NCBI GenBank assembly: GCA_044222185.1
Contig: JBGANV010000003.1
Coordinates: 480,001 to 544,000 of the forward strand
Direction: 5' to 3'
Length of the DNA: 64,000 nucleotides
From: Planctomycetota bacterium
GTDB taxonomy: Bacteria; Planctomycetota; GCA-002687715; CAIWVZ01
The number at the start of each line of letters is the position of its first letter. Position 1 is the stretch's first letter. The notes under the pieces were generated by a model. That model made no database searches and was not told the DNA's origin. It was given only the letters and a program-made list of their open reading frames with translations. The translations under genes and the position numbers were made by a program. This document shows positions 41,303 to 51,700 of the stretch, one piece after another.

Positions 41303-41376
41303 TCGGGGTGAGAGGATTTGAACCTCCGGCCTCTTCGTCCCGAACGAAGCGCTCTACCAGGCTGAGCCACACCCCG
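41303..41376 (-). tRNA. tRNA-Pro (anticodon CGG), CCA not encoded
   Basis: Minus strand reads CGGGGTGTGGCTCAGCCTGGTAGAGCGCTTCGTTCGGGACGAAGAGGCCGGAGGTTCAAATCCTCTCACCCCGA. It folds into a cloverleaf. Confidence 0.97.
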
Positions 41377-41547
41377 AAGAACTGGCTGCGCGGGACAGAT
41401 CGGCCTGCGCAGGGCCCGGAGTTTACGCAGGCCGCGAGCGAATTCAAAGCGCACGCGGCCAGGATGAAACCGGGCGGAGAAAACTGGCGCCGGGGGGCGG
41501 AACCGCCGAGACGTCGGGGATCCGCGCGGCGCCGCGCGAAACGAGTC

Positions 41548-42147
41548 TCAGAGCGCCTTGCCGTGCTCTTTGAGGAAGTTCGAGATGCCGGCGGAATTCG
41601 CCTTCATCGCGGCCTTTCCCTTGTTCCAGCCAGCCGGGCAAACTTCGCCGTTCGCCTCGAAGTGCTGGAGCGAATCCACCATGCGCAGCGCCTCATCGAT
41701 GTTGCGACCGAGCGGCAGGTCGTTGACGACCTGGTGCTTGACCATCCCGTTCTTGTCGATGAGGAACGTGCCGCGGAGCGCGATTCCGGCCTCGAGCAGG
41801 ACGTCGTAGTCGCGGGAGATGCTCTTCGTGATGTCGGAAACCATCGGGTAGCCGAGGTTGCCCACGCCACCCCTCTCCTCCGGCGTCTGCTTCCACGCGA
41901 GGTGCGAGAACTTGCTGTCGACGCTGACGGCGACGACCTCGCAGTTCCGCTTGCGGAACTCTTCCAGGCGGTGATTGAACGCCACGAGTTCCGTCGGGCA
42001 GACGAAGGTGAAATCCAGCGGGTAGAAGAAGAGGACCACGTACTTGCCGCGGAGGTCCGAGAGCTTGAACTTGTCGTTGAACGAGTTGTCGCCCATGACC
42101 GCGGGAGCCGTGAAGTCCGGTGCTTGCTTGCCGACGAGAACGCTCAT
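41548..42147 (-). CDS. ahpC: 2-Cys peroxiredoxin (AhpC/Tsa)
   Basis: [13 protein letters not shown] and EVCPAGW motifs. Confidence 0.95.
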   Translation of the reverse strand: MSVLVGKQAPDFTAPAVMGDNSFNDKFKLSDLRGKYVVLFFYPLDFTFVCPTELVAFNHRLEEFRKRNCEVVAVSVDSKFSHLAWKQTPEERGGVGNLGYPMVSDITKSISRDYDVLLEAGIALRGTFLIDKNGMVKHQVVNDLPLGRNIDEALRMVDSLQHFEANGEVCPAGWNKGKAAMKANSAGISNFLKEHGKAL

Positions 42148-42448
42148 GCCGATCTCCTGATCGATTGGGGGAAAAACTGGCGGCGATACCGCCGTGCGCG
42201 CGAAGTGCGCGCGTCGCGCTGACTTCGCCGCAATCGTGGTGAAAGTGGCTCTCAACTTAGCCGGCGCGGCGTGGCGTCCAAGGGCCGCGCACATGCCGCC
42301 GGCGGCCGGAGCGCGAAGCCCCCGCGCGTGACGAATCGCGCCCGCAAAACCGGGCGTCGACGGCCGCACGGACTCGCGGCCTCATGCGAACGGCCGACCG
42401 CTGCCTGAGCGTGTCGTGGATCGAAGCCCACGTGCCGCCGATCGCGAC

Positions 42449-43495
42449 CTACCGCCGCATCGACGCCAGCGCCGGGTGGTCGCCGCGCACGAACGCCTCC
42501 GCCTCGCGCACATCCTCCGGTGACCCGATGTACAACGGAGTCCGCTGATGCAACTCGGTCGGGACGATGTCGAGGATGCGCCCATGCCCGTCGCTCGCGG
42601 CTCCGCCTGCCTGCTCCGCGATGAACGCCAGCGGGCTCGCTTCGTACAAGAGACGCAGCTTGCCTTTCGGGTCCTTCTTGGAGCCCGGGTACATGAACAA
42701 CCCGCCGTACAGGAGATTGCGGTGGAAGTCGGCGACCAGCGATCCGATGTACCGCGACGAGCGCGGACGCCCCGTCGCCTTGTCCTCCTGCTTCAGGTAG
42801 TCGACGTACCCCCGCACGTTCGCGTCCCAGTAACAGGTGTTCTGCTCGTTGACGGAATAGATCTTCCCGCGTGACGGCGTCTTGATGCTCGGATGGCTCA
42901 GGAGGAACTCTCCGAGCGACGGCTCGAGCGTGAATCCGGCGACACCGTTGCCCGTCGAGTACACGAGAACGGTCGACGACCCGTAGAGCACGTAACCCGC
43001 CGCAACCTGCTTGAACCCAGGCTGCAGGCAATCCTCGAGTCCTCCACGATCTCCCTTCGAGACCTTCCGGTGGATCGAGAAGATCGTACCGATCGAGACG
43101 TTTGCGTCGATGTTCGAAGAGCCGTCGAGCGGGTCGAACATCAGCACATATTTGCCGCAGCGGAAGCGCTCGGGAATCGGGATGATCGACGGCGACTCCT
43201 CCGACGCCATCACGCAAACGCGCCCTGTGTGATCGATCGCGCGGTAGATCCATCGATCGGCGAAGACGTCGAGCTTCTTCACGTCATCGCCGCTCGAGTT
43301 CATCTCGCCCGCGCGCCCGAGGATGTCGGCAAGCCCGGCCCTGTTGACCTCCCGTGAGATGATCTTCGCCGCCAGCGCGAGGTCGTAGAGCAGGTTCGTG
43401 AGATCGCCGCTGGCGTCCGGGAACTTCTGCTGCTCATCCAGGATGTGGCGTTCGATGGTGACGAGCTTGGCAGGCGATGGGCTGTCGTTGGTCAT
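42449..43495 (-). CDS. fbp: Fructose-1,6-bisphosphatase class I
   Basis: [29 protein letters not shown] and GKLRLLYEA motifs. Confidence 0.96.
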   Translation of the reverse strand: MTNDSPSPAKLVTIERHILDEQQKFPDASGDLTNLLYDLALAAKIISREVNRAGLADILGRAGEMNSSGDDVKKLDVFADRWIYRAIDHTGRVCVMASEESPSIIPIPERFRCGKYVLMFDPLDGSSNIDANVSIGTIFSIHRKVSKGDRGGLEDCLQPGFKQVAAGYVLYGSSTVLVYSTGNGVAGFTLEPSLGEFLLSHPSIKTPSRGKIYSVNEQNTCYWDANVRGYVDYLKQEDKATGRPRSSRYIGSLVADFHRNLLYGGLFMYPGSKKDPKGKLRLLYEASPLAFIAEQAGGAASDGHGRILDIVPTELHQRTPLYIGSPEDVREAEAFVRGDHPALASMRR

Positions 43496-43713
43496 GAGCT
43501 TGTCTCGTTGTGCGAGCGATCGGCGCAGGCAGCCGGTTCGGATCCACTCGATGCCGGATTCGGGGAGCGGATGCGAGCGGAAAACCGTAGCGATCACGGC
43601 AGCCGGCCATTGTAGGGGTGCACTCGACCCCTGCAACGAACGCGCGGCCATGGCAGACACCGGGCAAGCGGCTACGATCTGGCCTCTTCGGTGCCCGCTC
43701 CAAAGACTATCCC

Positions 43714-44772
43714 ATGACCCAAGCGACCGGCCGATCCGATCTCGACACGCGCCTTCACAAGGCGGCGAACACCATCCGTGCGCGGCTGAAGAGCCGAATC
43801 GTCGGCCTGGAGAACGTCGTCGACCTTCTCCTCACGAGCGTGTTTGCGGGCGGCCACTGCCTCCTCGTCGGAGTTCCCGGGCTCGCGAAAACGTCGCTCG
43901 TGCGCGCCATTGCAGAATCGCTCGACCTGTCGTTCCGCCGCATTCAGTTCACGCCGGACCTCATGCCGTCCGACATCACCGGCGCCGACGTGATCGTCGA
44001 GGACTCGCAGACGGGCGAACGCGCGTTCAAGTTCATGCGCGGCCCGATCTTCACGAACATCCTGCTGGCGGATGAGATCAACCGCACGCCGCCCAAGACA
44101 CAGGCAGCACTCCTCGAGGCCATGGAGGAGTTCTCCGTGACGGTCGCCGGCAAGCGCAGCGAGCTCGAGCAGCCGTTCTGCGTGCTCGCGACTCAGAATC
44201 CCATCGAGCAATCGGGGACCTACCCGCTTCCCGCGGCACAGCTCGACCGGTTCATGTTCCTCGTGATGCTCGACTATCCGACGCGCAACGACGAGTCGGC
44301 GATCGTCCGGATGACGACTGCGCCACACGTGGAGGAGAGCGGTGCCGCGGTAACCCGCGCTGAGTTGCTCGACATTCGCCGCACGCTGATGGAAGCACCG
44401 GCGCCGAAGGAAGTCGTCCAGTACGCGACGACGCTCGCGCGGCGTACACGCCCCTCGGAATCCGATGCGCCCGAGCGCGTGAAGAGCTTCGTGGCGTGGG
44501 GTGTGGGCCCTCGCGGCGGCCAATACCTCGTCACCGCATCGAAGGTCCGCGCGGCGCTTCGAGGCGCTCCCGGACCGACGCCCGAGGACGTCCGAGCCCT
44601 CGCGCTTCCTACGTTCCGCCACCGCGTCGTCGTCAACTACCAGGCGCAGGCGGACGCGGTCGACGCCAGCGTCGTGATCGACGAGGTCATCGCATCCACG
44701 CCGGCGCCTGACGGATGGCGCCCGCCAGCTCCACCGAAGGCGAAGCGGCGATTCGCGTTCTGGAGCCGGTAA
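43714..44772 (+). CDS. MoxR-family AAA+ ATPase (MoxR proper)
   Basis: [34 protein letters not shown] and AQLDRF motifs. Confidence 0.93.
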   Translation: MTQATGRSDLDTRLHKAANTIRARLKSRIVGLENVVDLLLTSVFAGGHCLLVGVPGLAKTSLVRAIAESLDLSFRRIQFTPDLMPSDITGADVIVEDSQTGERAFKFMRGPIFTNILLADEINRTPPKTQAALLEAMEEFSVTVAGKRSELEQPFCVLATQNPIEQSGTYPLPAAQLDRFMFLVMLDYPTRNDESAIVRMTTAPHVEESGAAVTRAELLDIRRTLMEAPAPKEVVQYATTLARRTRPSESDAPERVKSFVAWGVGPRGGQYLVTASKVRAALRGAPGPTPEDVRALALPTFRHRVVVNYQAQADAVDASVVIDEVIASTPAPDGWRPPAPPKAKRRFAFWSR

Positions 44773-44800
44773 CGCCCGCGCGGACGCAACCGCGCACGGT

Positions 44801-45679
44801 CTACCGAAACACCTCGCTCGCACCGGGCGCCATGGGCGGGCGGCAGGCGTTGCGGATGCTCGCCGACACCAAGAGGACGAGGCCGGAAATCAGCGGCCAC
44901 AGGCACGACGCCGCGGCGAACGCCCAGCTCACGCCGCTCATCCCCATGATGACGGTGTCGAAGAGCTGATCCACCTGCTTCGCATCGAGTGTGGAGGGCC
45001 TCTGAGAATCCTGATTCCGGTGGACCTCCTCCATGACGGTCTGCTTGACGGTCGCCATGGTGTCGTTGAATGCGCCAACCGCGATCACCGTCGAGACGAC
45101 GAGGCCCAGCATCGCCAGTACCGAAATCCAGCGGCCGGCGTTCTTTCGCAGAAGCAGGACGACCGACCCGATCAACAACACGAGCTGGCTCACCGCTGCG
45201 CCGACTGACGCTCCCTGTGCGCGCCTCGACGTGGGACGAGTGCCGATCTCCTGCACCGCAGCGAGGATGGGCTCGCGCTGATCGGTCATGAACGCTGCAA
45301 TCTGCTCGGCGTTCTCGCGATCACGGTCGCCGTGAGCCTGGGACCGCAGTTGGCTGCGCATCCGGTCGACGATGTCGGGCCACCGGTCGCGCGTCTCCTG
45401 GATCTGGTCTGGGGACGCAGCCTCGCGGAAGCCGGTCCAAGCCGACGCGAAGAACATGTTCGAGCATCCGCACGTCAGCGCGAACAGGAGGTTCATCACG
45501 CCGAAGAACGTGAGGAGGCCGGTGGACGGCTGTGGGAGGTAGACCGGCTGCGGGCTCGGCGGCGGCGATGCCCACGCCGGCTGCTGGGGCGGCATCGGGG
45601 GCGGAGTTGGCGGTACCGGCGGCGGTGATCCCGCGCCGGGGGTGTTCATCCACGGTGGCAAGTCCTGAGGTCCGGCCAT
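44801..45679 (-). CDS. Hypothetical membrane protein with Pro-rich N-terminus
   Basis: Pro-rich leader and four hydrophobic segments. GGAGA SD-like sequence upstream of ATG 45679. Confidence 0.75.
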   Translation of the reverse strand: MAGPQDLPPWMNTPGAGSPPPVPPTPPPMPPQQPAWASPPPSPQPVYLPQPSTGLLTFFGVMNLLFALTCGCSNMFFASAWTGFREAASPDQIQETRDRWPDIVDRMRSQLRSQAHGDRDRENAEQIAAFMTDQREPILAAVQEIGTRPTSRRAQGASVGAAVSQLVLLIGSVVLLLRKNAGRWISVLAMLGLVVSTVIAVGAFNDTMATVKQTVMEEVHRNQDSQRPSTLDAKQVDQLFDTVIMGMSGVSWAFAAASCLWPLISGLVLLVSASIRNACRPPMAPGASEVFR

Positions 45680-45994
45680 GGTTCTCCTTGTCCTTTTGGA
45701 CGCGGCAACTCTACCGACTCGCACGATGTGACGGGATGCGCGACGACACACGGAGGATGCCGAGCGACGGCACGCCGTCCGTCACCGAGCGCCCACCACT
45801 CGCTACCGCCCGGTGACGGAGGATCGAATCGACTGCCGTGCGCCGTCCGCTCGACCCCGCATTTCGCGAGGGAATCAGCCGCGGACCCGGGGAACCTGCC
45901 CCGATGGAACGGTCGTTGCATAAGGGGTCCATGGCACCGGCGTCGCCGCGGCGACGGTGCCGGGAACGGAACCGAAGCCTGCGCACCTCGACCC

Positions 45995-46361
45995 GAACGA
46001 GCTCGATGGGGCGTCAGGTCTCGATCCTTCTCCCCTGTCACGGCTTCTGCGTGTGGGTACCGCGGCGAGAAAACCAGTTTCTTCCGACGACGGGGGCCGT
46101 GCGATTGCCTTTGTCCTGCGGTCAGCACTGCCCGCCTGCATGCCCCGCGGGCTGGGGCTCGAGCGCGGTCCCCGTCCGACGGATTCCCAATTGCGCTGCG
46201 GAGGGCATCGCCCTCGCCACGGCCCCCCCCCCGGCACAGACGCGCTCCCAGCGACTCACCTGCGAGTCCAGGCAACCCCGCTCGCTGCAGCCGGCCACGT
46301 CCCAAGGCACCCCGGATGGGTTTGGCACCGAGCCCAGGTCGGGGCCCACCAGCCCTCGTCC
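45995..46361 (-). ncRNA. Candidate large structured RNA with OLE-RNA-like motifs
   Basis: Lies in an ~900-bp gap with no credible ORF. Its ends pair, it has a 10-bp long-range helix and several hairpins, and motif order resembles OLE RNA as recalled from memory (not searched). Confidence 0.55.
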
Positions 46362-46574
46362 CGCCCTGCGGAGCGTCACCCGATCGCCGGCCCAGCGACG
46401 ACAGCGGAGTCGGTCCCGAACTGCCCCGAAATCGGGGAGTTCTGTTGAACCGGCGCACCGAGTCCGCGTCTCAGAAACTCGGCACTGGTTGCACTTTTTC
46501 TGTATGATCCGCCCCTCGTTCGAGTCGCCCGGATCACCCATGGGGACTCGCGACTTTCGCAGGAGGAACGTCAG

Positions 46575-48731
46575 ATGAGATCGAGTCAGATTCTTTCGGT
46601 CGCATGCGTCGTTGCAGTGGCGTCCGTCGGGTTCGCGCAGGGAGGCGGCACCGGGCCCGACGTCATCGTCGGGGACTTCCCCGATGTCATCTCGTACGGT
46701 GCGAGCAACGGCATCTCCGCGTACGCGTTCGGAACGAGCTCCTGCAACATCGGCACGCAGAATCTGGCGTGGCTTCAAAATACGAACCAGCACCCTGTGA
46801 TCGGCCAGAACCTCTACCGCGTGAAAGACGGCCGTTTTCAGCAGATCGGTGTCTCATGGCTGAAACATGGCTTCTACGCGCTGTCGCAAACGCTTTGCGG
46901 TAGCTGCCCGAACGGTGATCCGACCGGTAACTCGCTCGCCGTCCAATGCTCCGACCCATACGTCGCGTCATTGAATGGCGCGCAGTCGAGCCTCGGACCG
47001 CGAAGTGAAGTGAACCCGAGCACCGGGTACTTCCCGTACCCGTTCGGGACGAGCGCGAGCTTCCCGACGCCAACGGGAGTGCTGGCGCGCCGCCTGCAGG
47101 CGGCCAACGCTGACGTCGATCCGGCACAGAACCCGGGCGCACGCTATTTCGTCGAGGGCCAGTACGTTCACCCGCAAGACGCGTTCTTCGGCAACCAGAA
47201 CAACAACGCGTCCTACAGGGAAGTGAACTTCACTCCGAGCTCGAATACGTTCATCGCGGCGTTTGCAGCGGCGGTCCAGCAACAGAAGCCCGCGATCCTC
47301 GCGTGGCGCGACATCGATCCGAAGGTTCAAATCACGAACGTCGATGTCCCGGGCGACGGGCGGCTGATCCTCGCGACGAAGTCCTGGTCCCTCGGAAACG
47401 GGACGTTCCAGTACGTGTGGGCGCTGCACAACCTGAACTCGGACCGTGCCGTGCAGGCGTTCAACGTCCAGCTCAGCCCCGGCGTCACCGTGTCGAACAC
47501 CGCCTTCCACGACGTGAACTATCACAGCGGCGAGGTCTACAGCACGACAGACTGGACCCCGAGCGTCAGCGGCACGACGCTGTCGTGGGCAACGCAGACC
47601 TATTCACAGAACGTCAACGCGAACGCGATTCGCTGGGGCACCACCTACACGTTCGAGTGCATCGCCAACAAGCAGATGGGCGGCATCACCATCAACCTCT
47701 TCAAGCCAGGCACACCGGCGCAGATGAACGTTGCTCCGCAGTGCCCGCCAGCGCCTGTCTTGCCGGCGACTCCACCGCCCCAGTACACGCTGACGAACAA
47801 CGCCCCGTTCACGCAGGCGACGCTGACCGCGGCCGCGTCCAACGGCCCGACGGGTGACGACGCCCAGCTCACGGCGAACATCGGTTTCACGTTCCCGTTC
47901 TTCGGCTTCAGCTACACCCAAATGGTGATCAGCACGAACGGCTACCTGACGATCCCCGGCCAGAACGGCACCGTCAGCTCCAACGCGTCGATCCCGAGTT
48001 CCGGGCTTCCGAACGGGATCATCGCGGGCGGATGGGACGACTACAACGTGACCGGCGCCGGCAACATCAAGTACCAGACGCTGGGCACGGCCCCGAACCG
48101 AGTGTTCGTCGTGGCCTACAACAACGTCGCGATCTACTCGATCCCAACGCAGACCACGACCTTCCAGATCATGCTGCACGAGGACGGGCACATCACGAAC
48201 TCGATCATCGGCGGAAACTACAACGGCAACTCGGCCACCCGCGGTATCGAGGCACCAAACGGCACCGAAGGCGTGCTCGCCAGCTTCAACCTCGCCTCCA
48301 GCATGGTCGGCGGCACGACTCACACCTACGCCACCACGATCATCCCGCCGGACGCGGCGCTGTCGGTGTTTGGGACGTTGGACCTCAGCGGTCCGACGAA
48401 GATCTCGATTGTCACGCCGACTCCAGGCCTTTCGGTCTTCATGGTCGCCGGAGGCAGCAATGGCCCAACCCTACTCCCCACTGGAAGGCTGCTTGCAATC
48501 GGCATCACTGCGGATCTCATCTGGGTGTTGGACCCGACTGGCATCCTGTCCGGAACCCCCCCGAATCCCAGCTTGGTCACCTCGGCGCCGTGCAACGATT
48601 ACACTCTCGTCATGGGCGGAATAGCCCCGTTGGGCGTCACGGCCACCGTGTATTGTCTCGCGGCCGCCCCCGACCCGACCGCTCCAGGCGGGACGCGGTT
48701 CACAAACGGAATCGCCATCGTCCTCAACTGA
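46575..48731 (+). CDS. Secreted protein with Cys-containing N-terminal domain, nidogen-like domain and C-terminal domain
   Basis: AGGAGG SD and signal peptide. GPDVIVGD..SCNIG..HPVIGQNLYR..WLKHGF N-domain. IGFTFPFFG..ISTNGYLT nidogen-like segment. Confidence 0.85.
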   Translation: MRSSQILSVACVVAVASVGFAQGGGTGPDVIVGDFPDVISYGASNGISAYAFGTSSCNIGTQNLAWLQNTNQHPVIGQNLYRVKDGRFQQIGVSWLKHGFYALSQTLCGSCPNGDPTGNSLAVQCSDPYVASLNGAQSSLGPRSEVNPSTGYFPYPFGTSASFPTPTGVLARRLQAANADVDPAQNPGARYFVEGQYVHPQDAFFGNQNNNASYREVNFTPSSNTFIAAFAAAVQQQKPAILAWRDIDPKVQITNVDVPGDGRLILATKSWSLGNGTFQYVWALHNLNSDRAVQAFNVQLSPGVTVSNTAFHDVNYHSGEVYSTTDWTPSVSGTTLSWATQTYSQNVNANAIRWGTTYTFECIANKQMGGITINLFKPGTPAQMNVAPQCPPAPVLPATPPPQYTLTNNAPFTQATLTAAASNGPTGDDAQLTANIGFTFPFFGFSYTQMVISTNGYLTIPGQNGTVSSNASIPSSGLPNGIIAGGWDDYNVTGAGNIKYQTLGTAPNRVFVVAYNNVAIYSIPTQTTTFQIMLHEDGHITNSIIGGNYNGNSATRGIEAPNGTEGVLASFNLASSMVGGTTHTYATTIIPPDAALSVFGTLDLSGPTKISIVTPTPGLSVFMVAGGSNGPTLLPTGRLLAIGITADLIWVLDPTGILSGTPPNPSLVTSAPCNDYTLVMGGIAPLGVTATVYCLAAAPDPTAPGGTRFTNGIAIVLN

Positions 48732-48764
48732 GGCCCGATAGGGAACGTCGAGCCATCGATGCGG

Positions 48765-51700
48765 CTATCGTCGATCGAGAGCCGGTCGCTTCAACTCCCT
48801 CAATCGGGGCCCGCTCCACGGGCCCATAGGGAATCGAACGCACTGACTCGTGCCAGATTCGCCCAGTGATCCAACCTCAGCTGGCGACGCAACAGCCTCC
48901 ATTTCGGCGCGACACCAGCCGGGAAACGTGCTGACGCCTCGCGCCACCTGAAGTGCTCGCGTAGCCCATGTCTGGGCGTTGTCCCAATCACCGCACTTCC
49001 CCATGACTATGGCGGCGTGCCGGTACAACTCTGCGCCGCCACCGACGATTGCAGGAAGGGACTCGATGGTGAGCATCGCGTCACGGCCTTCAGTCATGGC
49101 CCGATCAAGTTGCCCAGCATCGGCGAGGCACCGCGCAAGGATCAACGTCAACTGCGCGTGGCGCTGCTCTAGGAACGGACTTCCGCGTCTGATTGCCTCT
49201 CGCGCGCGCATAGCGACCGGAAGCACCTCGATCGCGTGACCACTGTCGACCGCAGCTTCCATCCACCTGTATAGCTCTGCCACCGGATGCGCCGATTGTT
49301 CATGGGGCGACTTCAGCGGCAATGCACACTCTGCGAACTCTCGCGCTGCGTCAACGTCGCCAGCATAATATGAAACGTCGGCTGCACCGAAGTTGACGGT
49401 GCGCGACAGTGCCACACCGGGAGGCACATCGCGCAAGGCCTCAGCGATCTCGGTCTGCGCAGTTATCACATCCCCACACCGAACAAGGCTACGGGCACTG
49501 AGCGACTGTGCCATTAGCCTTACGGCAACATCGCTCGAACGAACGTATGGCCGAATGATCTCGCGTGCATGCTCGGCTTGCTGATCCAGAAGCAAGCACG
49601 CGACGAGCCCACTGTCAGCCTGCCACCGATAGGCAATCACATCCGCGCAGTAGGTCAGACTGGTTTCACGCGCACGCCAGAACGCTGAAGTCGCGGCCTC
49701 GACATCTCCTTGCTCGATCGCGATCGTCGCCTGCTGAACAAGAGTCGTTGCGAATACGTCCTTTCGCCTTGAGCCGGGGATCTGAGTCTGCAACGCCAAG
49801 GACTCGTCGACCGCCGCCGCAGCCCCCGACAGATCGCCGACGATGCGCCGGGCGGCTGCGGCAATATTGAGCAAGTCAGCACGATCAAGCGGACTGCGTC
49901 CGGTGGCGGCAGCGGCCGGAAGTGCCGCCTCGAGCACCTCATGTGCCGCGGCCGCATCGCTGAAGTGTAGGAGTGCGTCGCCAAGGAAACGCGCGCAATT
50001 CACGCCTACTGTCGACCCTGGCCCACACAACAAGGTCGCCTGCCGTAGTGCTTCGCGGCCGAACTTCAGACAGCCGTCTTTGTCATTCAGCGTGCGGCAG
50101 AGCGCCGCCTCGCGTAGCAAGAGCGTCGATCGGGTTCGACTAATCGGGGCCTCAATCGCATCCACGACGCCGCGTGCGGCCTCCAGGTTAGACTTCGCCG
50201 CCGAAACGTCACCCGCTTCAATCGCACAGTTGATCGCCCAGAAGCGGTACTCAAGTGTCAGCCGCCTCTCCGCTGCTGAGGAGCTTGGGATATCCGCGGC
50301 CGCTTCATCGAAGGCCCTTGCCGCGTCGGCGAGGCGCCCACGGTTGGCGAGTACCATTCCGGCGAGGCCGAGCCGATCGCGTCGCTGGGTCGCGCTGAGA
50401 GCCTCAATCGGCCATTCGGCCTCAACTTCGCCAAGAATCCGCTCTGCGAGATCGACGTCACCAAGCGTGAGAGCGCTCCGAACATAGGACAGGCCGAGGC
50501 GGAAGACCTTTCCGCGGCTTCTCGGTGGCTCCGCGTTCCGCGCGGCCCATGCGGCGCCGAGTGCGCCGAGGGAACGCTCGTGCGCTCCAACTGCAGGCGA
50601 TAACCATGCCACCGCGCACTCTACCGCCACGCGCACGGGCCCCGTTATCCGTGAGTTGTCCTCGAGTAATGCGACCATCGCCTCGACTTGGCTGGCAGGT
50701 TCGTGCTCACGCTGCATCGTGTCCGAGTAGAGCGCCGCGTCGACGGCCAGCAACACCGCATCAATCGCCGCTTCCGTCGCTTGCGCCTCCGCCTTCGCGG
50801 CGGCGTTGGCGGCGCGAAGGGCCTCGACGGTTCGTTGGAGTTCTTGGCCGTGGGTGAATTCGCGCCAACCGAGGATGGCGAGGAAGGTGAGGAGGGAGGC
50901 GGCGGCGATCTTGAGGCCGCGGACGAGGTGGTGTCGGGCGCCGAGGAAGATGGCGATCCGGAGTCGAAACGGGAGGATGATCGAGAGGCGCACGTCGTCG
51001 CGGCGGGCGGCGTCGACGATTTCGGCGAACGAGGACGCGGTTTGGAAGCGGAACTTGTGGTCAACCGCCATCGCACGTTGGATGAGGTCGCTGACTCTTC
51101 GGGGTACGAACGGACGGAACCGGCGCAGGGGCGCGGCGCGGCCGTTCGTGATGCAATCCTGCAACTCTCGACTGGAACGGACCGCGGCGAACGGATGGCG
51201 AAGGCCAATGCACTCATAGAGAGTCACGGCCAGCGAGTAGACGTCTGAGTGCGAGCCGACGACACCGCCCGTGAACACCTCCGGCGACATGTAGATGAGA
51301 GATCCAATGGGCGTTTGGGATCGCGTGAGCTTCTCTGTTCCTTCGGCGCTCGCCAGTCCGAAGTCGACCAACATGACCCGACCGCCGCGCGTCACCATGA
51401 GATTCGACGGCTTGATGTCGCGATGGATCACCCCGCGAGCGTGAGCATGCTCGAGGGCCTCCGCGACCTGGCGGCCAATCCCCAACCACGCATTCGTCCA
51501 GGACTCACGGAACTCGGCCTGCACCAATTGCAGATCGTCGGCCGCCCATCCCGCGCGCCGACCGACCGCGGCCGCGATGTCGGCTCCGGATAGGGTCGAG
51601 GGATCGGCTCCGGCCAGGTCCTCGAGGACGTCCGCCAGCGTGCAGCCCTCGATGAACTCCATGGCGAAGTAGGGGACACCGGCATCCTCCCCCACGGAAA

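Noticed and set aside
43714-44772. Second MoxR as part of the yeh-type system
   Set aside because: It belongs to a different subfamily (MoxR proper), lies 33 kb away and has no adjacent VWA/DUF58 partner.
45995-46361. RNase P RNA, tmRNA or SRP RNA as the identity of the structured intergenic region
   Set aside because: I found no GAGGAAAGUCC/ACAGAA..CGGCUUA (RNase P), no tRNA-like ends (tmRNA) and no CAGG.CCGGAAGGAAGCAG core (SRP).
46478-46495. Possible sigma54 promoter (CGGCACTGGTTGCA)
   Set aside because: The GG-to-GC spacing is 8 nt, not the required 10 nt.
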